Virus record (IMG/VR): IMGVR_UViG_2061766007_000145
DNA length: 64,000 nucleotides
From: an uncultured virus (IMG/VR IMGVR_UViG_2061766007_000145)
Lineage: Duplodnaviria; Heunggongvirae; Uroviricota; Caudoviricetes
Reading direction: 5' to 3' (one strand)
The notes under the pieces are model-generated. The model made no database searches and had not been told where the DNA came from. It saw only the letters and a program-made list of their open reading frames with translations. The position numbers and the translations under genes were made by a program. This document shows, piece by piece, positions 52,950 to 62,772 of this stretch; the first letter of the stretch is position 1, and the number at the start of each line of letters is the position of its first letter.

Positions 52950-52974
52950 AATTATTTTCAACAGAAACAGTCGA

Positions 52975-53736
52975 TTATATGACGCTTCGTTTTTTCATTA
53001 CAGAGTCTATGCGTTGTTTTGCTGCAACCTCGATAGCACAAGCGCTGCAATATTTTTGCTTTGCGCCCTTGCCGCTGTTCTTTTCTCTCGTAACCACACC
53101 ACAGTTTTGACACTCAAAATACGGTTCACCCTTATACCTCAGATATTGATACCCAAGATTTCTGAAGTCTGTGACGTTTAGGACTGTAGTTCCAGATTCG
53201 ATAAAACAAACTCTGACGTTGGTGTTGTCTATCTTCTTGGAGAATTGGAGCAGCCCTTCTGCGTTCAATGTATGGAACAGGAGACTCTGACGCCGAACAG
53301 ATGTGTTTATGTTCGCCATAGTCATTATCTCGCTGTCTTTATTATTTACCCATCCGTTTGAATTAGGATTTGCAATTTCCCAATATTTTGCAAGACATAG
53401 TAAAGTAAAGGCGAGCCTCTGAAGCTGTTTGCCACTCAGAGATTCTATTTTCCGCATTTCCGGTTCCGTTATCTGTATGCCATTAACATTAATTGAATCA
53501 CGTTTCAATGCCCTATCCAAAGCGCAGTCGATGGTCTTTTCCCATTTCGGCAGAGACGCCGTAGGGTCGCATTGAATGAGAAAGGTATTCAGCATTTTCT
53601 TCACATCTTTTTTGGAGTAATTATTCTCAATGTAATATCTTGCTACCCTGCTCAATGTTTCAAACGGATGTTTCCCCAATGATCTTGAAATAATTTTATC
53701 TTTAGCCCACTCTCGCTCGTTTAATACAATTGTCAT
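52975..53736 (-). CDS. Hypothetical protein with a C-terminal Zn finger, coupled to the RNAP gene
   Basis: CQNCG...KYCSAC; overlaps the RNAP stop by 4 nt. Confidence 0.65.
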   Translation of the reverse strand: MTIVLNEREWAKDKIISRSLGKHPFETLSRVARYYIENNYSKKDVKKMLNTFLIQCDPTASLPKWEKTIDCALDRALKRDSINVNGIQITEPEMRKIESLSGKQLQRLAFTLLCLAKYWEIANPNSNGWVNNKDSEIMTMANINTSVRRQSLLFHTLNAEGLLQFSKKIDNTNVRVCFIESGTTVLNVTDFRNLGYQYLRYKGEPYFECQNCGVVTREKNSGKGAKQKYCSACAIEVAAKQRIDSVMKKRSVI

Positions 53737-56700
53737 TCATCCACCTCAATTTTCTGATACTCAACTGTGAACCTATTTCCACAGTATTCCAACGTACCGT
53801 TCTCATCAAGCGTGGGGTAGGCTATCGTATTATTATTTTTTCTCAGCAAGTTATCTATTATTTCTTCTCCGCACATACTCCACGCAAACCGCTTCGTCCC
53901 GCTGCGTGTATAACAAATATCCAAAACAATATCGCACAGAACTTTTTTGTTCGGACAGATCGCCGCACATTCCTTTACAAATTCTTGGTTCATTAAAGCT
54001 ATTGTCGATGAGGATTCTATCTTATCAATCTTTTCATAATCAGTAAACACAGAGTATATTTTCAACCTCTTATTATACTCATTGTATAATCGCTTAATTG
54101 CATTGAACTGCCTCGGTGTGTATTCCTGTCCGTTCTTCATTATTTGATAATCGAACGATTCGTTCCCCCCGTTCCTTGCAATATATCCGTCAAAGTTTGC
54201 CTCGAACACTCTGCATATCTTATTCATCACACAATCGCTCTGACCCACCGGCATTCGGTACTCATAATATTTTAGGAAATCGGATTGTTCGTTTGACAGG
54301 TCATCCGGACTTAATAACTGCAACTCCGCGACGGTCATCTGATATTCACGCAGCGCTTTTTTGTTTGTGTTTTTTATGTATGTATTGTACTTCTTGGCTA
54401 AATCGGGATAAATATAGCGCATGAAGTACGGCTTTCGGTCTGCAACTATCTTACGACACAAGCTCCTTTGCCCTTCGTCTTCGAGTTTGTTTACAGCGTG
54501 TTTGTCGTGCCAATAACGAGGCATTGGCTTTGATATGATGCCTTTGGCTTTGTCTCCTTAATACCCTCGGTTTCCCGATATTTATTAGGGGAGTAGACTA
54601 TATCTTCATCCTGCATTACAGGAGCACGGCACTTCCCAATATGGAATTTCACCACATCGGTACAGACTTCATAATCTCAGAGAGATCGTTTGTCTTAGTC
54701 GTTTCACCTTCTGGCTTGTTGCCAAACCAGCTTGGCACAGAGTTAGCTTATGTGTTGACTATAATCATGATTATCTATTCTACGTTCTTCCATCTTCTAC
54801 GAGTTACGATTAAATAAACTGTGTGTCTGTGAATATTAAGTGCGTCAGAGATCTCCGTTATCGTCATCCCATCCATTTCATGCATGGAGCGTATTTTGCG
54901 AATTGTATCCACATCATACTTTGCTCCATTTGGCTTGATGGACTGAGCCTTAGAGAATCGGTCCCGACTGTCCTGCGACCATTTATAGCCTCTCGCTTTA
55001 CCCGCAGTCTTTTTATACCAATCGACCTTATCATCGTCACTCATATTCTCAAACCTCTTCCTTTGCGACTCTGACATTTTTGCTCTCGTTTCTTGTGAAA
55101 GCTTTCTTCCTGTCATATTCACCCGATTCTTTTCTCCAATTTTTCTTTTTGTTTCGTCGCTGAGATGCTTTCCTAAACATGAGCCTGTATCCCCACCGTC
55201 TGCTATATTATAACACAGACCTAATTCGCGGTAACTCGCAATACATTGACGTTCTTTCTCATTTAGAGTATCTTTAGATTCCAGAGGTTCTATGACGACG
55301 AATTCAAAATTATCCTCCCCATATTTGTCCCATGCGTTTTGCAATGGTTTGTTGTCATGGTAATGTCCCCTAAGTTGTGCTTTGTGGCAATCCCATCTGT
55401 CTCCGAAGCTTACTCCTGTCTTACCGATATATGTCATTCCGTCAACCATATTGGTTATTCTGTAGATTCCGTATGTATGATAAATATTTTCTATGTCGAC
55501 CACCCTTTCATTAGCAATCAACACACTTAGCTTTTCTCTGTTAGCAGCATTTATTGCCACACCCTACACTTGTAGGTTCACCGTGTTTTACACAACTGTT
55601 ACCAGTTGAGGCGACGTTAGTTCATCGCACACTGTTGATAGTGTTGCCCCGAATCTATCCTATACGATAGCTGTTGATACTCAAGACTATCGGGAGCAAA
55701 ATTTGCCCTTACTTCAAACATCGAAGTTATCCAGTTGGTTGTCTGTCCGATGTCGTTCCCGAAGCTCTCAATATTTGACTTAATAAAATCTTCCTCAGTA
55801 GGAATTTTCTTTGCTGCTTTTCTTTGGATGCACATTAAGGCTGGCAACTCTTGATGCTTTCTCACTAACACGGGATTATCAGTAAGCATTACCAAATCCC
55901 CATCATAATCCATTCCGTTGAGTGCAGCACTTGCCGTATCCCACCCATTAAAAACNNNNNNNNNNCATCTGTGGGTTCACCGAATTTTCACTGCGCCATT
56001 ACTGCCGCAGGGGACTATGTTGTTAATCCATTCCGTTGAGTGCAGCACTTGCCGTATCCCACCCATTAAAAACCGTGCACGTCGTCATATATCGGAACCA
56101 ATACCGTACATCCTCTGAATTAGCCGTGTGAACTTTTCTGATATTGGAATGAGTAGTCATGGGAGCTCTGAAGCAAACCAAGCTATCCGCTCCGCTATCA
56201 GCCCAATACTTGTTGTAAATTTCTCCTGCCTTTAGTAGTCCGATCTTCTCCAATCCAAACATACTCTGGCACAACAGGTAGAGATCTCCCGACACAATGG
56301 AGTAATTCCCGTGAACTTTAATTACCCCCACCTTTGCCTCGTTTATCCGATTCCGTATCAGGCTGTGAATGTTGGACTTAACAAATGGGTCGTTGGCAAT
56401 TCTATGATCTATCATCAGAGCTTTGATGTAATCGTTCTCCAGACGCAAAACATTTCTCTCGTTCAAGCCGCAACCTTTCAAGAATAAAACTGACTTGCGC
56501 CAATCGTCGTGCAAAACCTCGTGGAACTCATTTAACGTAGGCTCAATTAATTCCTGAATGTCATCGTCGTCAAGGCTAAAGGGCTGTAAAAATTGATAGT
56601 TAGTGCTACGCTCGTTCTCCAAAACCTTCGGGCATGTCTTGGCGACTCCAAAAGTGTACCCGTTCTTTTTGGATTTCGTTAAATAGTCGTCACAGCTTTC

Positions 56701-57639
56701 GTAGCTATCCCAAAGCTTTACCATTGATGTAGTGAGCACAAGCTCGACATCTCTGACGTCGACCTCGTTCCCCCAAGCATCCTTTACAAGATATGTACCC
56801 GCAACTTTCTCAGCGAAGTCCACAAAGTCAAATGTGAACACCATGCCCTTTTCAAAGCTCATCCTCGTGTTGGCTCCGCTTACCATATAGTCAAGCCCGA
56901 GTTCCTCGCTCCACCTCTGAGCGAGCGACGGGAGCATCATGCCGCATCCGTCTGAAGCGTTAAGAGTTATTTCTTGGTTTGCACGAAACTCAGCAACAGG
57001 CTCTCCTTCTGCCTCATCACTAATATAAACGATGTCAGACAAAAAGGTTGTCTCACAGTCGTTTACAACAAGCACTCCATTTGGGAACGACACAGGAATC
57101 GCCGCACTGCATGTCAGTGCTTTGTATGCTTCGAGCTTGGCGGTTACAAGTTCCTTCGTCGGGTCGCGGTCATTCTCCACTCTCCGTCTTAGTTCATCGA
57201 CCAACCTCTCGCTCACAAATACAATTGTGGAATTTTTGATACCGCCATTGGTGCCAAGAAGCCTTTTATATTGTACACCATTGATGCTAAAACCTCGGCA
57301 CGCTCGGTAATAATCCTTAACCTTGTCAATAATGAGACACAAGTAGTCTGGTTTGAACTGTATTTCATCTAACTCTGAATAAAGTTTTCGGATTGCTCTC
57401 TTATTCTGAATACTGTTGTCTTCTTTGCGAAGCCGCTTAATTTCTTCTTTGATGCTTCGCGCCCTGTCGTCGGCGTCGGTTACGCCGTTTAATTCATCTA
57501 TCCAGCGCAACATCTGACTGTCAGCCAACGATATTACCTCATCGTTTCTTCTGGCTTCTTCGAGCGGCAGAGATAACCTCCACCGCTCTTTTCTTAATCG
57601 CTCTGAGTGAATCTTGAATATGTATTTTTGGCAAGCCAA
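53733..57639 (-). CDS. yonO: YonO-like single-subunit phage RNA polymerase (RdRP-like double-psi-barrel), about 906 aa after splicing
   Basis: Exons 57639-56026, 55907-55624 and 54555-53733. Motifs SDG.G, KGM, FRAP, NGMD|YDGD (catalytic DxDGD), IGQ.TN, QCAI|DKAKG. Confidence 0.85.
54556..55623 (-). mobile_element. Group I intron 2 of the RNAP gene (1068 nt) with a GIY-YIG ORF
   Basis: P1 GCGAU|/GUCGC; R AAACGACUA; S GAAGAUAUAGUC (54607-54596); ends UUAAGG|A GAC AAA, restoring CAI|DKAKG. Confidence 0.92.
54775..55560 (-). CDS. Intron-encoded GIY-YIG homing endonuclease with NUMOD3-like repeats
   Basis: GIYRITN..DG.TYIG.T, R...H, E..CI...YNI..GG, LSDETKRKIG and LSQETRAKMS. Confidence 0.9.
   Translation of the reverse strand: MAINAANREKLSVLIANERVVDIENIYHTYGIYRITNMVDGMTYIGKTGVSFGDRWDCHKAQLRGHYHDNKPLQNAWDKYGEDNFEFVVIEPLESKDTLNEKERQCIASYRELGLCYNIADGGDTGSCLGKHLSDETKRKIGEKNRVNMTGRKLSQETRAKMSESQRKRFENMSDDDKVDWYKKTAGKARGYKWSQDSRDRFSKAQSIKPNGAKYDVDTIRKIRSMHEMDGMTITEISDALNIHRHTVYLIVTRRRWKNVE
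55966..56025 (-). ncRNA. Group I intron 1 of the RNAP gene (5' end only; remainder lost in a gap)
   Basis: GGAU|UAACAACAUAGUCC (P1 with U-G), P2-like CUGCG..CGCAG and P-like UUCGGUGAAC matching intron 2. The intron-less allele is adjacent at 55861-55955. Confidence 0.75.
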
Positions 57640-57647
57640 TTGTTTGC

Positions 57648-57860
57648 TTATACTACGTCACCCCAAGTCCTCGCTTTTCTCTCTTCCTCGCCGCTCTCGT
57701 CTATGTATTCGAGCCATGCGTAATAATACTCTTTCTTCTCTTTCTCAATCTTATCTTCAACCTCCGCATCTATGCCCTCCTCGTCTGGATCGTAAAACCT
57801 ACAAGGAGTGAACCCTTTACATATATCGTTGTAGCAGCAGTATCTACAACTCTTAGCCAG
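57648..57860 (-). CDS. Small Cys-rich acidic protein (CTG start; not in the ORF track)
   Basis: The 213-nt frame reads (M)AKSCRYCCYNDICKGFTPCRFYDP...YYYAWLEYIDE...VV*, follows a GAGGGGG RBS and fills the helicase-RNAP gap. Confidence 0.55.
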   Translation of the reverse strand: MAKSCRYCCYNDICKGFTPCRFYDPDEEGIDAEVEDKIEKEKKEYYYAWLEYIDESGEEERKARTWGDVV

Positions 57861-59100
57861 CTTTCGTGCCCCCTCTCGTTACTTCGTCCATCCAGTTCAT
57901 CAAAAGGCTCCTCATTCTCCTGCTCGGAATATAGATGTAAATTTCCTCGCCGCAGCGTATAGCCGACCGCCATATCCACTGTATCATTATTGACAGGGCA
58001 TACAAATCCTCGTCAACGTCTATCCCGTGCTTATAGTAAAACTTCTTCTCATTTACGTTCATAAATGGATTGGCTGCGTATATGAGGTACTTCCTGTTCC
58101 GATACTCATTTGTAGCTTTCGCGTTAAACATCAAAAACGCCTTTGTGTATCCTTTGCCTCGCAGTTTAGTCTTGCCAGAACTGTATGTTCCCCATAGTCG
58201 GTTCTTTGCGTTAGAATCTTCCCACACATTTCTAAAACAGTTATAGATGTTTCGTTTGAGCTGCTCCACTCCCTCACTGTTATTTTTGAACCAGTTTATT
58301 GACAGCGCGTGGTAATTCTTGCCTATGCTGTTCAGTCTGTCGTTATCCAAAATGTGGATCCTATCCTTGAGTGCGAGGACGCAGCTTGGGTAATAATCCT
58401 GCGTGTCACTAAAGCTATACCTACCATCTTCTGATCTGTGAATGCCGAAGTAGTCGTATGGAATGTGGTAAATGTCAAACAACCATTTTAGGCTTTGCCC
58501 CTCGAACATATATGTGAGGACTATTACCTCTTTGAACGAAGTGATAAGCTCGCACGGCAACGTCCAGAAGAAAAGGTCTTTAGCCTTGCCGTTCTCTACC
58601 TCTACTAAATTTCTCGATCTAAGCAGCGTAAAGAGCTTCGAGAATGTGTACCCGTGGTACTTATCCTCTTTTAAGAAATATGTATCCTCTCGCTTCTCGA
58701 CCCACCCTGAGTCAAGGGTAAGCTGGAGGTCGTCTGGGTGATAATCGAACTCCTGAAGCACATCAACGCTTTCATCAATAATCAGCGTGTACCCATGCTC
58801 TCTTATCTTATCAAGCATAAATCGGCTATATGATTTAAAAGCTGCGTGAGTGCTTGCAATGTTGCGCCCCTCTTCGATCAGAGCTTCCGTATGCTCAATT
58901 TTTTTGAAGTCGTAGTCTCCGATTTTATTACTCGGCTCAACAAAGTGAGCATCCGGACACCCGTTCTTTATTCTTCTGGCTTCATCCAAATAAGGCGTTA
59001 TATACACGAATTTCTCTTCAGGGTGCTCGTTTATGTATGTAATCGCCGCTTCTGTCTTACCGCTTCCCATTATTGCGTCGCAAACTTTAACCAAACGCAT
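57853..59100 (-). CDS. SF2 (DEAD-like) helicase/ATPase, SPbeta YonV-like
   Basis: DAIMGSGKT, YITPYLDE, LIIDE, QWIWRSAIR.GE. Confidence 0.75.
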   Translation of the reverse strand: MRLVKVCDAIMGSGKTEAAITYINEHPEEKFVYITPYLDEARRIKNGCPDAHFVEPSNKIGDYDFKKIEHTEALIEEGRNIASTHAAFKSYSRFMLDKIREHGYTLIIDESVDVLQEFDYHPDDLQLTLDSGWVEKREDTYFLKEDKYHGYTFSKLFTLLRSRNLVEVENGKAKDLFFWTLPCELITSFKEVIVLTYMFEGQSLKWLFDIYHIPYDYFGIHRSEDGRYSFSDTQDYYPSCVLALKDRIHILDNDRLNSIGKNYHALSINWFKNNSEGVEQLKRNIYNCFRNVWEDSNAKNRLWGTYSSGKTKLRGKGYTKAFLMFNAKATNEYRNRKYLIYAANPFMNVNEKKFYYKHGIDVDEDLYALSIMIQWIWRSAIRCGEEIYIYIPSRRMRSLLMNWMDEVTRGGTKAG

Positions 59101-59552
59101 TACTCCTTTTCCTTTAAATAGTAAACTGTTATTTCAATGTTAGTATCTCCGAATATACGCTTAACCATGTCGCTCACTGTACTCCAGTCCAAGCGGTCAA
59201 GCCCACAGCCTATCCTCGGCATAGCTATTCTGTCAATTCCAAGCGAAATACATTGCTCTCTCATATCCAAAAGCGCAAGCTGTAGGCTGTTGTATGTAGG
59301 CTTGTTGAAATATCTCGGTTTCGTCACCAAGTTGAATACACCGTCGATCAACACCGCACTACCTATTTTAACCTCCCGCCCCGGTCGGTCAGCCCACTCA
59401 AACAATCGTTCCCTCATATTGTACAGTTGGTTGAACCTCTTTGCGATACCAGCCCCGAGAGCAAAGTCAGCCGAGACACAGTGTGCATAGTAGCATTCAC
59501 TCTTTTCTGCGAACAAATCGCCTTCTATCTCTCGATACCTTACCATTGTCAC
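59100..59552 (-). CDS. Macrodomain ADP-ribosylhydrolase (TARG1/OARD1/DarG-like)
   Basis: GDLF, AHCVSADFALGAGIA..F, NLVTK, KPTY, AMPRIGCGLDRLDW. Confidence 0.85.
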   Translation of the reverse strand: MTMVRYREIEGDLFAEKSECYYAHCVSADFALGAGIAKRFNQLYNMRERLFEWADRPGREVKIGSAVLIDGVFNLVTKPRYFNKPTYNSLQLALLDMREQCISLGIDRIAMPRIGCGLDRLDWSTVSDMVKRIFGDTNIEITVYYLKEKE

Positions 59553-59669
59553 CCCTTTTCTTCTTGATCTGCTTTTTTTCTTCTCGCTAAGTGAATTGTT
59601 CCCGTATTCACCAAGCTTCTTATGTGTTTGGATTACATCGCTATCGCCCCTTTCACTTTATCCAAAGCA

Positions 59670-60506
59670 TTAAGCTGTTGTACCGGCTACAGCGTCGTAT
59701 GCGCTACACTCGTGAATAGCTCCGCTTACGATTTTACCTCTTATACCCCCGCCGAGATTCAGCTTGTAGTAGGCGTCGGCTATCTCGTCATCCGTTATAC
59801 CTATATACTGTAGGGTTTGAGCCGGAGAAGAATGGTTGAATATCTTCTGAAGCAGCATGAGCTGGCGGTAGTCGTTATTTCCAAAAACCATAACCCAGTA
59901 GCCAAAGGTCTTTCTTAGTGTGTGGGTTGATACCTTCGCTGTAATATTCAGCTCTGAGGCAATCCCTTTGAGTATGTTGTCAACCGCAGCTCTGCTAATC
60001 GGCTCGTTCTTATCCCTGCCGTTGGGTGATAAGCTTCTGAACATATAATCGCTCAGACACACATTAGGGGTGTTCTCCAAGTAGAGAGTCACAGCTTCTA
60101 TTACCGCGTTGTTGATCGTAATGTATCTGTTCATCTTCCGAGTCCTCGTATTACGAGTCTTCTTCTCGAACACAGGGAACTTATCCTTAAAGGTTAGATT
60201 AGGGTTGATGAGGTCGGAGAACCTCAACACACGAAGGTCACTCACTCTCAATCCAAAGTTGATACCTAAGATGAAGAGCATGTTATCTCTGAACCGCTTG
60301 TGTACAATGAGGTGGTCTGAGATGCGGATGAGGTCATCCATACTCTTAATGGCTTCTGCTTTGTGTTCAGGAGCAAGCTCGGTGGTGGTGTCTTCCAATG
60401 CTGGAGAGATCAGGGTCTCAGCAAGTGCCTTGCTTATATTTTGTTTGAGTGATGCAACATTAATGGTATCACGGTTTGAAGAATAGAGCTTTAATTCGAT
60501 TGACAT
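59670..60506 (-). CDS. Tyrosine recombinase (catalytic domain only)
   Basis: GLRVSDL (R), EKKT (K), HTLRKTFGY (HxxR), FNHSS...TLQYIG (H, Y). Confidence 0.9.
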   Translation of the reverse strand: MSIELKLYSSNRDTINVASLKQNISKALAETLISPALEDTTTELAPEHKAEAIKSMDDLIRISDHLIVHKRFRDNMLFILGINFGLRVSDLRVLRFSDLINPNLTFKDKFPVFEKKTRNTRTRKMNRYITINNAVIEAVTLYLENTPNVCLSDYMFRSLSPNGRDKNEPISRAAVDNILKGIASELNITAKVSTHTLRKTFGYWVMVFGNNDYRQLMLLQKIFNHSSPAQTLQYIGITDDEIADAYYKLNLGGGIRGKIVSGAIHECSAYDAVAGTTA

Positions 60507-60754
60507 AACGGTCGTCCTTTCATGGTAAAAATGTGATAATATACAGCTTTAGCACTAAGGTGGTGCCAAGCGCTCTGAGATGCCCGTCTGGTGGGCGTTC
60601 CAGAGGTGTGTCTTACAAAAAAAATTTTATTATTTCATAATATATATAATGCATATTCTCTGCATATTATCATTCATTAATTCGGTCTAATTGTGTTATG
60701 TCAGCCAAATTCAAAGCCGCTCGAGAGCGACTCGGTATCTCAACTACCACTATT

Positions 60755-60783
60755 ATTATAGATCAGAAATCCAAAAATGTCAA
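60755..60783 (-). promoter_or_regulatory. Perfect sigma-A promoter for the leftward (recombinase-RNAP) operon
   Basis: On the minus strand: TTGACA (60783-60778), 17 bp, TATAAT (60760-60755). Confidence 0.85.
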
Positions 60784-61175
60784 GGGATATTTTCAACTTT
60801 TTGGAATTAAGCGTCAAAATGATGACCAAATAATTGAAAAGCATTACGAAGGGATTTGTTTATTATTTTAATTATTTATTTCACTTTATTTGTTTCATTT
60901 TAAAACCGTTGTTTTCTTTTTGGATTATTTAAAAATGCCGTATTTACGCGGGTTTTAGGTGATCAGTGGATGGGTTTGAGGGCAAGGTGGGAGAAGGAGT
61001 AACTTCCCGTCTTCGTCGTGGCGGCTCCACTGAAAATACCATAACCACCGGATTGACTATACATAGTGGTAATTTGTAAAGTTAGGAATTATCACAAGAG
61101 ATAAATGTATCGGATTGATACATTTTTAGCAAGCCTTGATTTTCAAAATTTACAAATTGTTTACAAGTTGACGTC

Positions 61176-61204
61176 TTGAAAAGCCGTTCTGTTTGGTGTA
61201 TAAT
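61176..61204 (+). promoter_or_regulatory. Sigma-A promoter for the rightward block
   Basis: TTGAAA (61176-61181), 17 bp, TATAAT (61199-61204). Confidence 0.7.
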
Positions 61205-61347
61205 CCTGAATGTAAAGGCAAGTACTACAGTCAACAAACACAACAAAAATCAACCGTAATACTTGCCAATACAAGCACATTGCAAGGAGGTGAAAATCAA
61301 TGTGCGAAAAAAGCGGCTACTCACCAACTATTGAAGGAGGTGATAGC

Positions 61348-61497
61348 ATGATAACAATTGAAGAAGTTGCAAACATAACCGAATGGCTTGAATATATCGG
61401 CTGTAATGCAAGCGATATTAAAAACTTCTTCTTATTCGTCGCTAACAAGACAAAAGACAAAACCGTTAGCGGCAAAATTCAGCCGGATAACAAATAG
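61348..61497 (+). CDS. Small hypothetical protein
   Basis: MITIEEVANITEWLEYIG... after AGGAGGTG; an alternative start at 61300 also has an RBS. Confidence 0.5.
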   Translation: MITIEEVANITEWLEYIGCNASDIKNFFLFVANKTKDKTVSGKIQPDNK

Positions 61498-61520
61498 TTA
61501 GCAGTTATCCACTCATTCCA

Positions 61521-61560
61521 AAGTCAATAGGAGGTTGAGCCGCTTTTACCTCCTATTGAT
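61521..61560. terminator. Strong hairpin after the small ORF
   Basis: TCAATAGGAGGT...ACCTCCTATTGA inverted repeat. Confidence 0.5.
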
Positions 61561-61606
61561 TATACACCAAAAGCGGCAAAAAGTCAATCAATGGAGGATA
61601 AAAAAA

Positions 61607-62599
61607 ATGAGTAACACAAACACAAAAGCAACGACAGCCGCAAACAATAAAGCCGCATTCCTTTTACTTTTGGATAATTTCAATCAGCTTGCAAACAACG
61701 ACAGCGACAGCGCCGAATATATCGCCGCGCTTGACGAATTGGCATTTGCAACCGCTTGCGCCGTACTGAAAAAAGTAATTACGGCGTCAGCGAATAAGAC
61801 GCTTGAAAAAATCCGTGCTGAGATGATAAAGGCGCGGTATAATCTCAGGGGGCTACAGTGGGCGAGTGATAACGAACCGGAATACACCATTTCAAAGACT
61901 GGAAAAGTCACCGTCACATACAACAAAGATAAAACCGATACGGAAAACAGATTGATAAAAGAGAATTTGGGCGCCGGGTATGATTTAGTACAAGCCGCGA
62001 CTCTTGAAATTCTTGAACAGGTAAAACGACAGCGAGACAATAACGAAATAATAGACTTGTCACGCCCGTACACATTCCGCAAACTGGATAAACGTGTTAT
62101 TATCCGCGACAGCGACAGCGCCGCATTCCGTGATGTTACGACAACGCCAATTCAACAGGTGTTTAAAGCTGTACGCCGTGAGATTGAGAACACGCGCTCC
62201 GCGCGCTGTATTGATAGCGGCTACAGCTACATTGAGAAATCCGTTATTGATAGCGAGTCAGGCGCGGTTGCTACAGTTTATGAACGTCAAGAAAAATATG
62301 CGGATATTGGCGGCTATGTATGCGACTTTAACGGAAAAGAGACAGTCTACACGGCGAGTGCCGCAACTGTAGAAGAGTTGGAGGCAAAAAAAACGGATAT
62401 TATCAAAAGGGCGAATTTTAACGAAAAACAAATATTAATCCTGTCGTTGCGCTTGCGTGGATATGGAGATAAAGCTATAGGCACTTATTTAGGCAAACAG
62501 CCGCGACTTATTCGCCGTTATCGCGGACAAATGCAACAGGCTTGTTATGATATAGGCTTTAAGCCTGTAGGAATGAAGGAACGCCCAATTATCAAATAA
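61607..62599 (+). CDS. Hypothetical protein with a C-terminal sigma/LuxR-like HTH
   Basis: ATG 61607 after GGAGG; C-terminal EKQILILSLRLRGYGDKAIGTYLG..PRLIRRY. Confidence 0.65.
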   Translation: MSNTNTKATTAANNKAAFLLLLDNFNQLANNDSDSAEYIAALDELAFATACAVLKKVITASANKTLEKIRAEMIKARYNLRGLQWASDNEPEYTISKTGKVTVTYNKDKTDTENRLIKENLGAGYDLVQAATLEILEQVKRQRDNNEIIDLSRPYTFRKLDKRVIIRDSDSAAFRDVTTTPIQQVFKAVRREIENTRSARCIDSGYSYIEKSVIDSESGAVATVYERQEKYADIGGYVCDFNGKETVYTASAATVEELEAKKTDIIKRANFNEKQILILSLRLRGYGDKAIGTYLGKQPRLIRRYRGQMQQACYDIGFKPVGMKERPIIK

Positions 62600-62646
62600 A
62601 CCGACAGCGACAGAACAACGACAGCGACAGCTAAATAACTAATTTT

Positions 62647-62684
62647 AAGCGCTTATTATCCATTTTGGATAGTAGGCGCTTTTT
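62647..62684 (+). terminator. Intrinsic terminator
   Basis: AAGCGCTTATTATCC-ATTTT-GGATAGTAGGCGCTT followed by TTT. Confidence 0.7.
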
Positions 62685-62772
62685 CTGTGAGCGCGGCGGC
62701 TTGCACGCCCGACAGCGCCCCTGACCGCCCCCTGCGGTACTCTGTGAGCGCGGCGGCTTGCACGCCCGACAG
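62684..62772 (+). repeat. Two exact 32-nt direct repeats
   Basis: TCTGTGAGCGCGGCGGCTTGCACGCCCGACAG at 62684-62715 and 62741-62772. Confidence 0.9.

Noticed and set aside
39370..57639. Stop-codon recoding, inteins or programmed frameshifts as the cause of broken genes
   Set aside because: Each break coincides with a P1 U-G site and, where the intron is fully assembled, group I core elements and exact frame restoration. Other genes end normally at all stop codons, and no intein motifs were seen.
62684..62772. Mini CRISPR array (32-nt repeat, 25-nt spacer)
   Set aside because: Only two repeats, no cas genes in the window and no typical CRISPR repeat ends; kept as a plain repeat.
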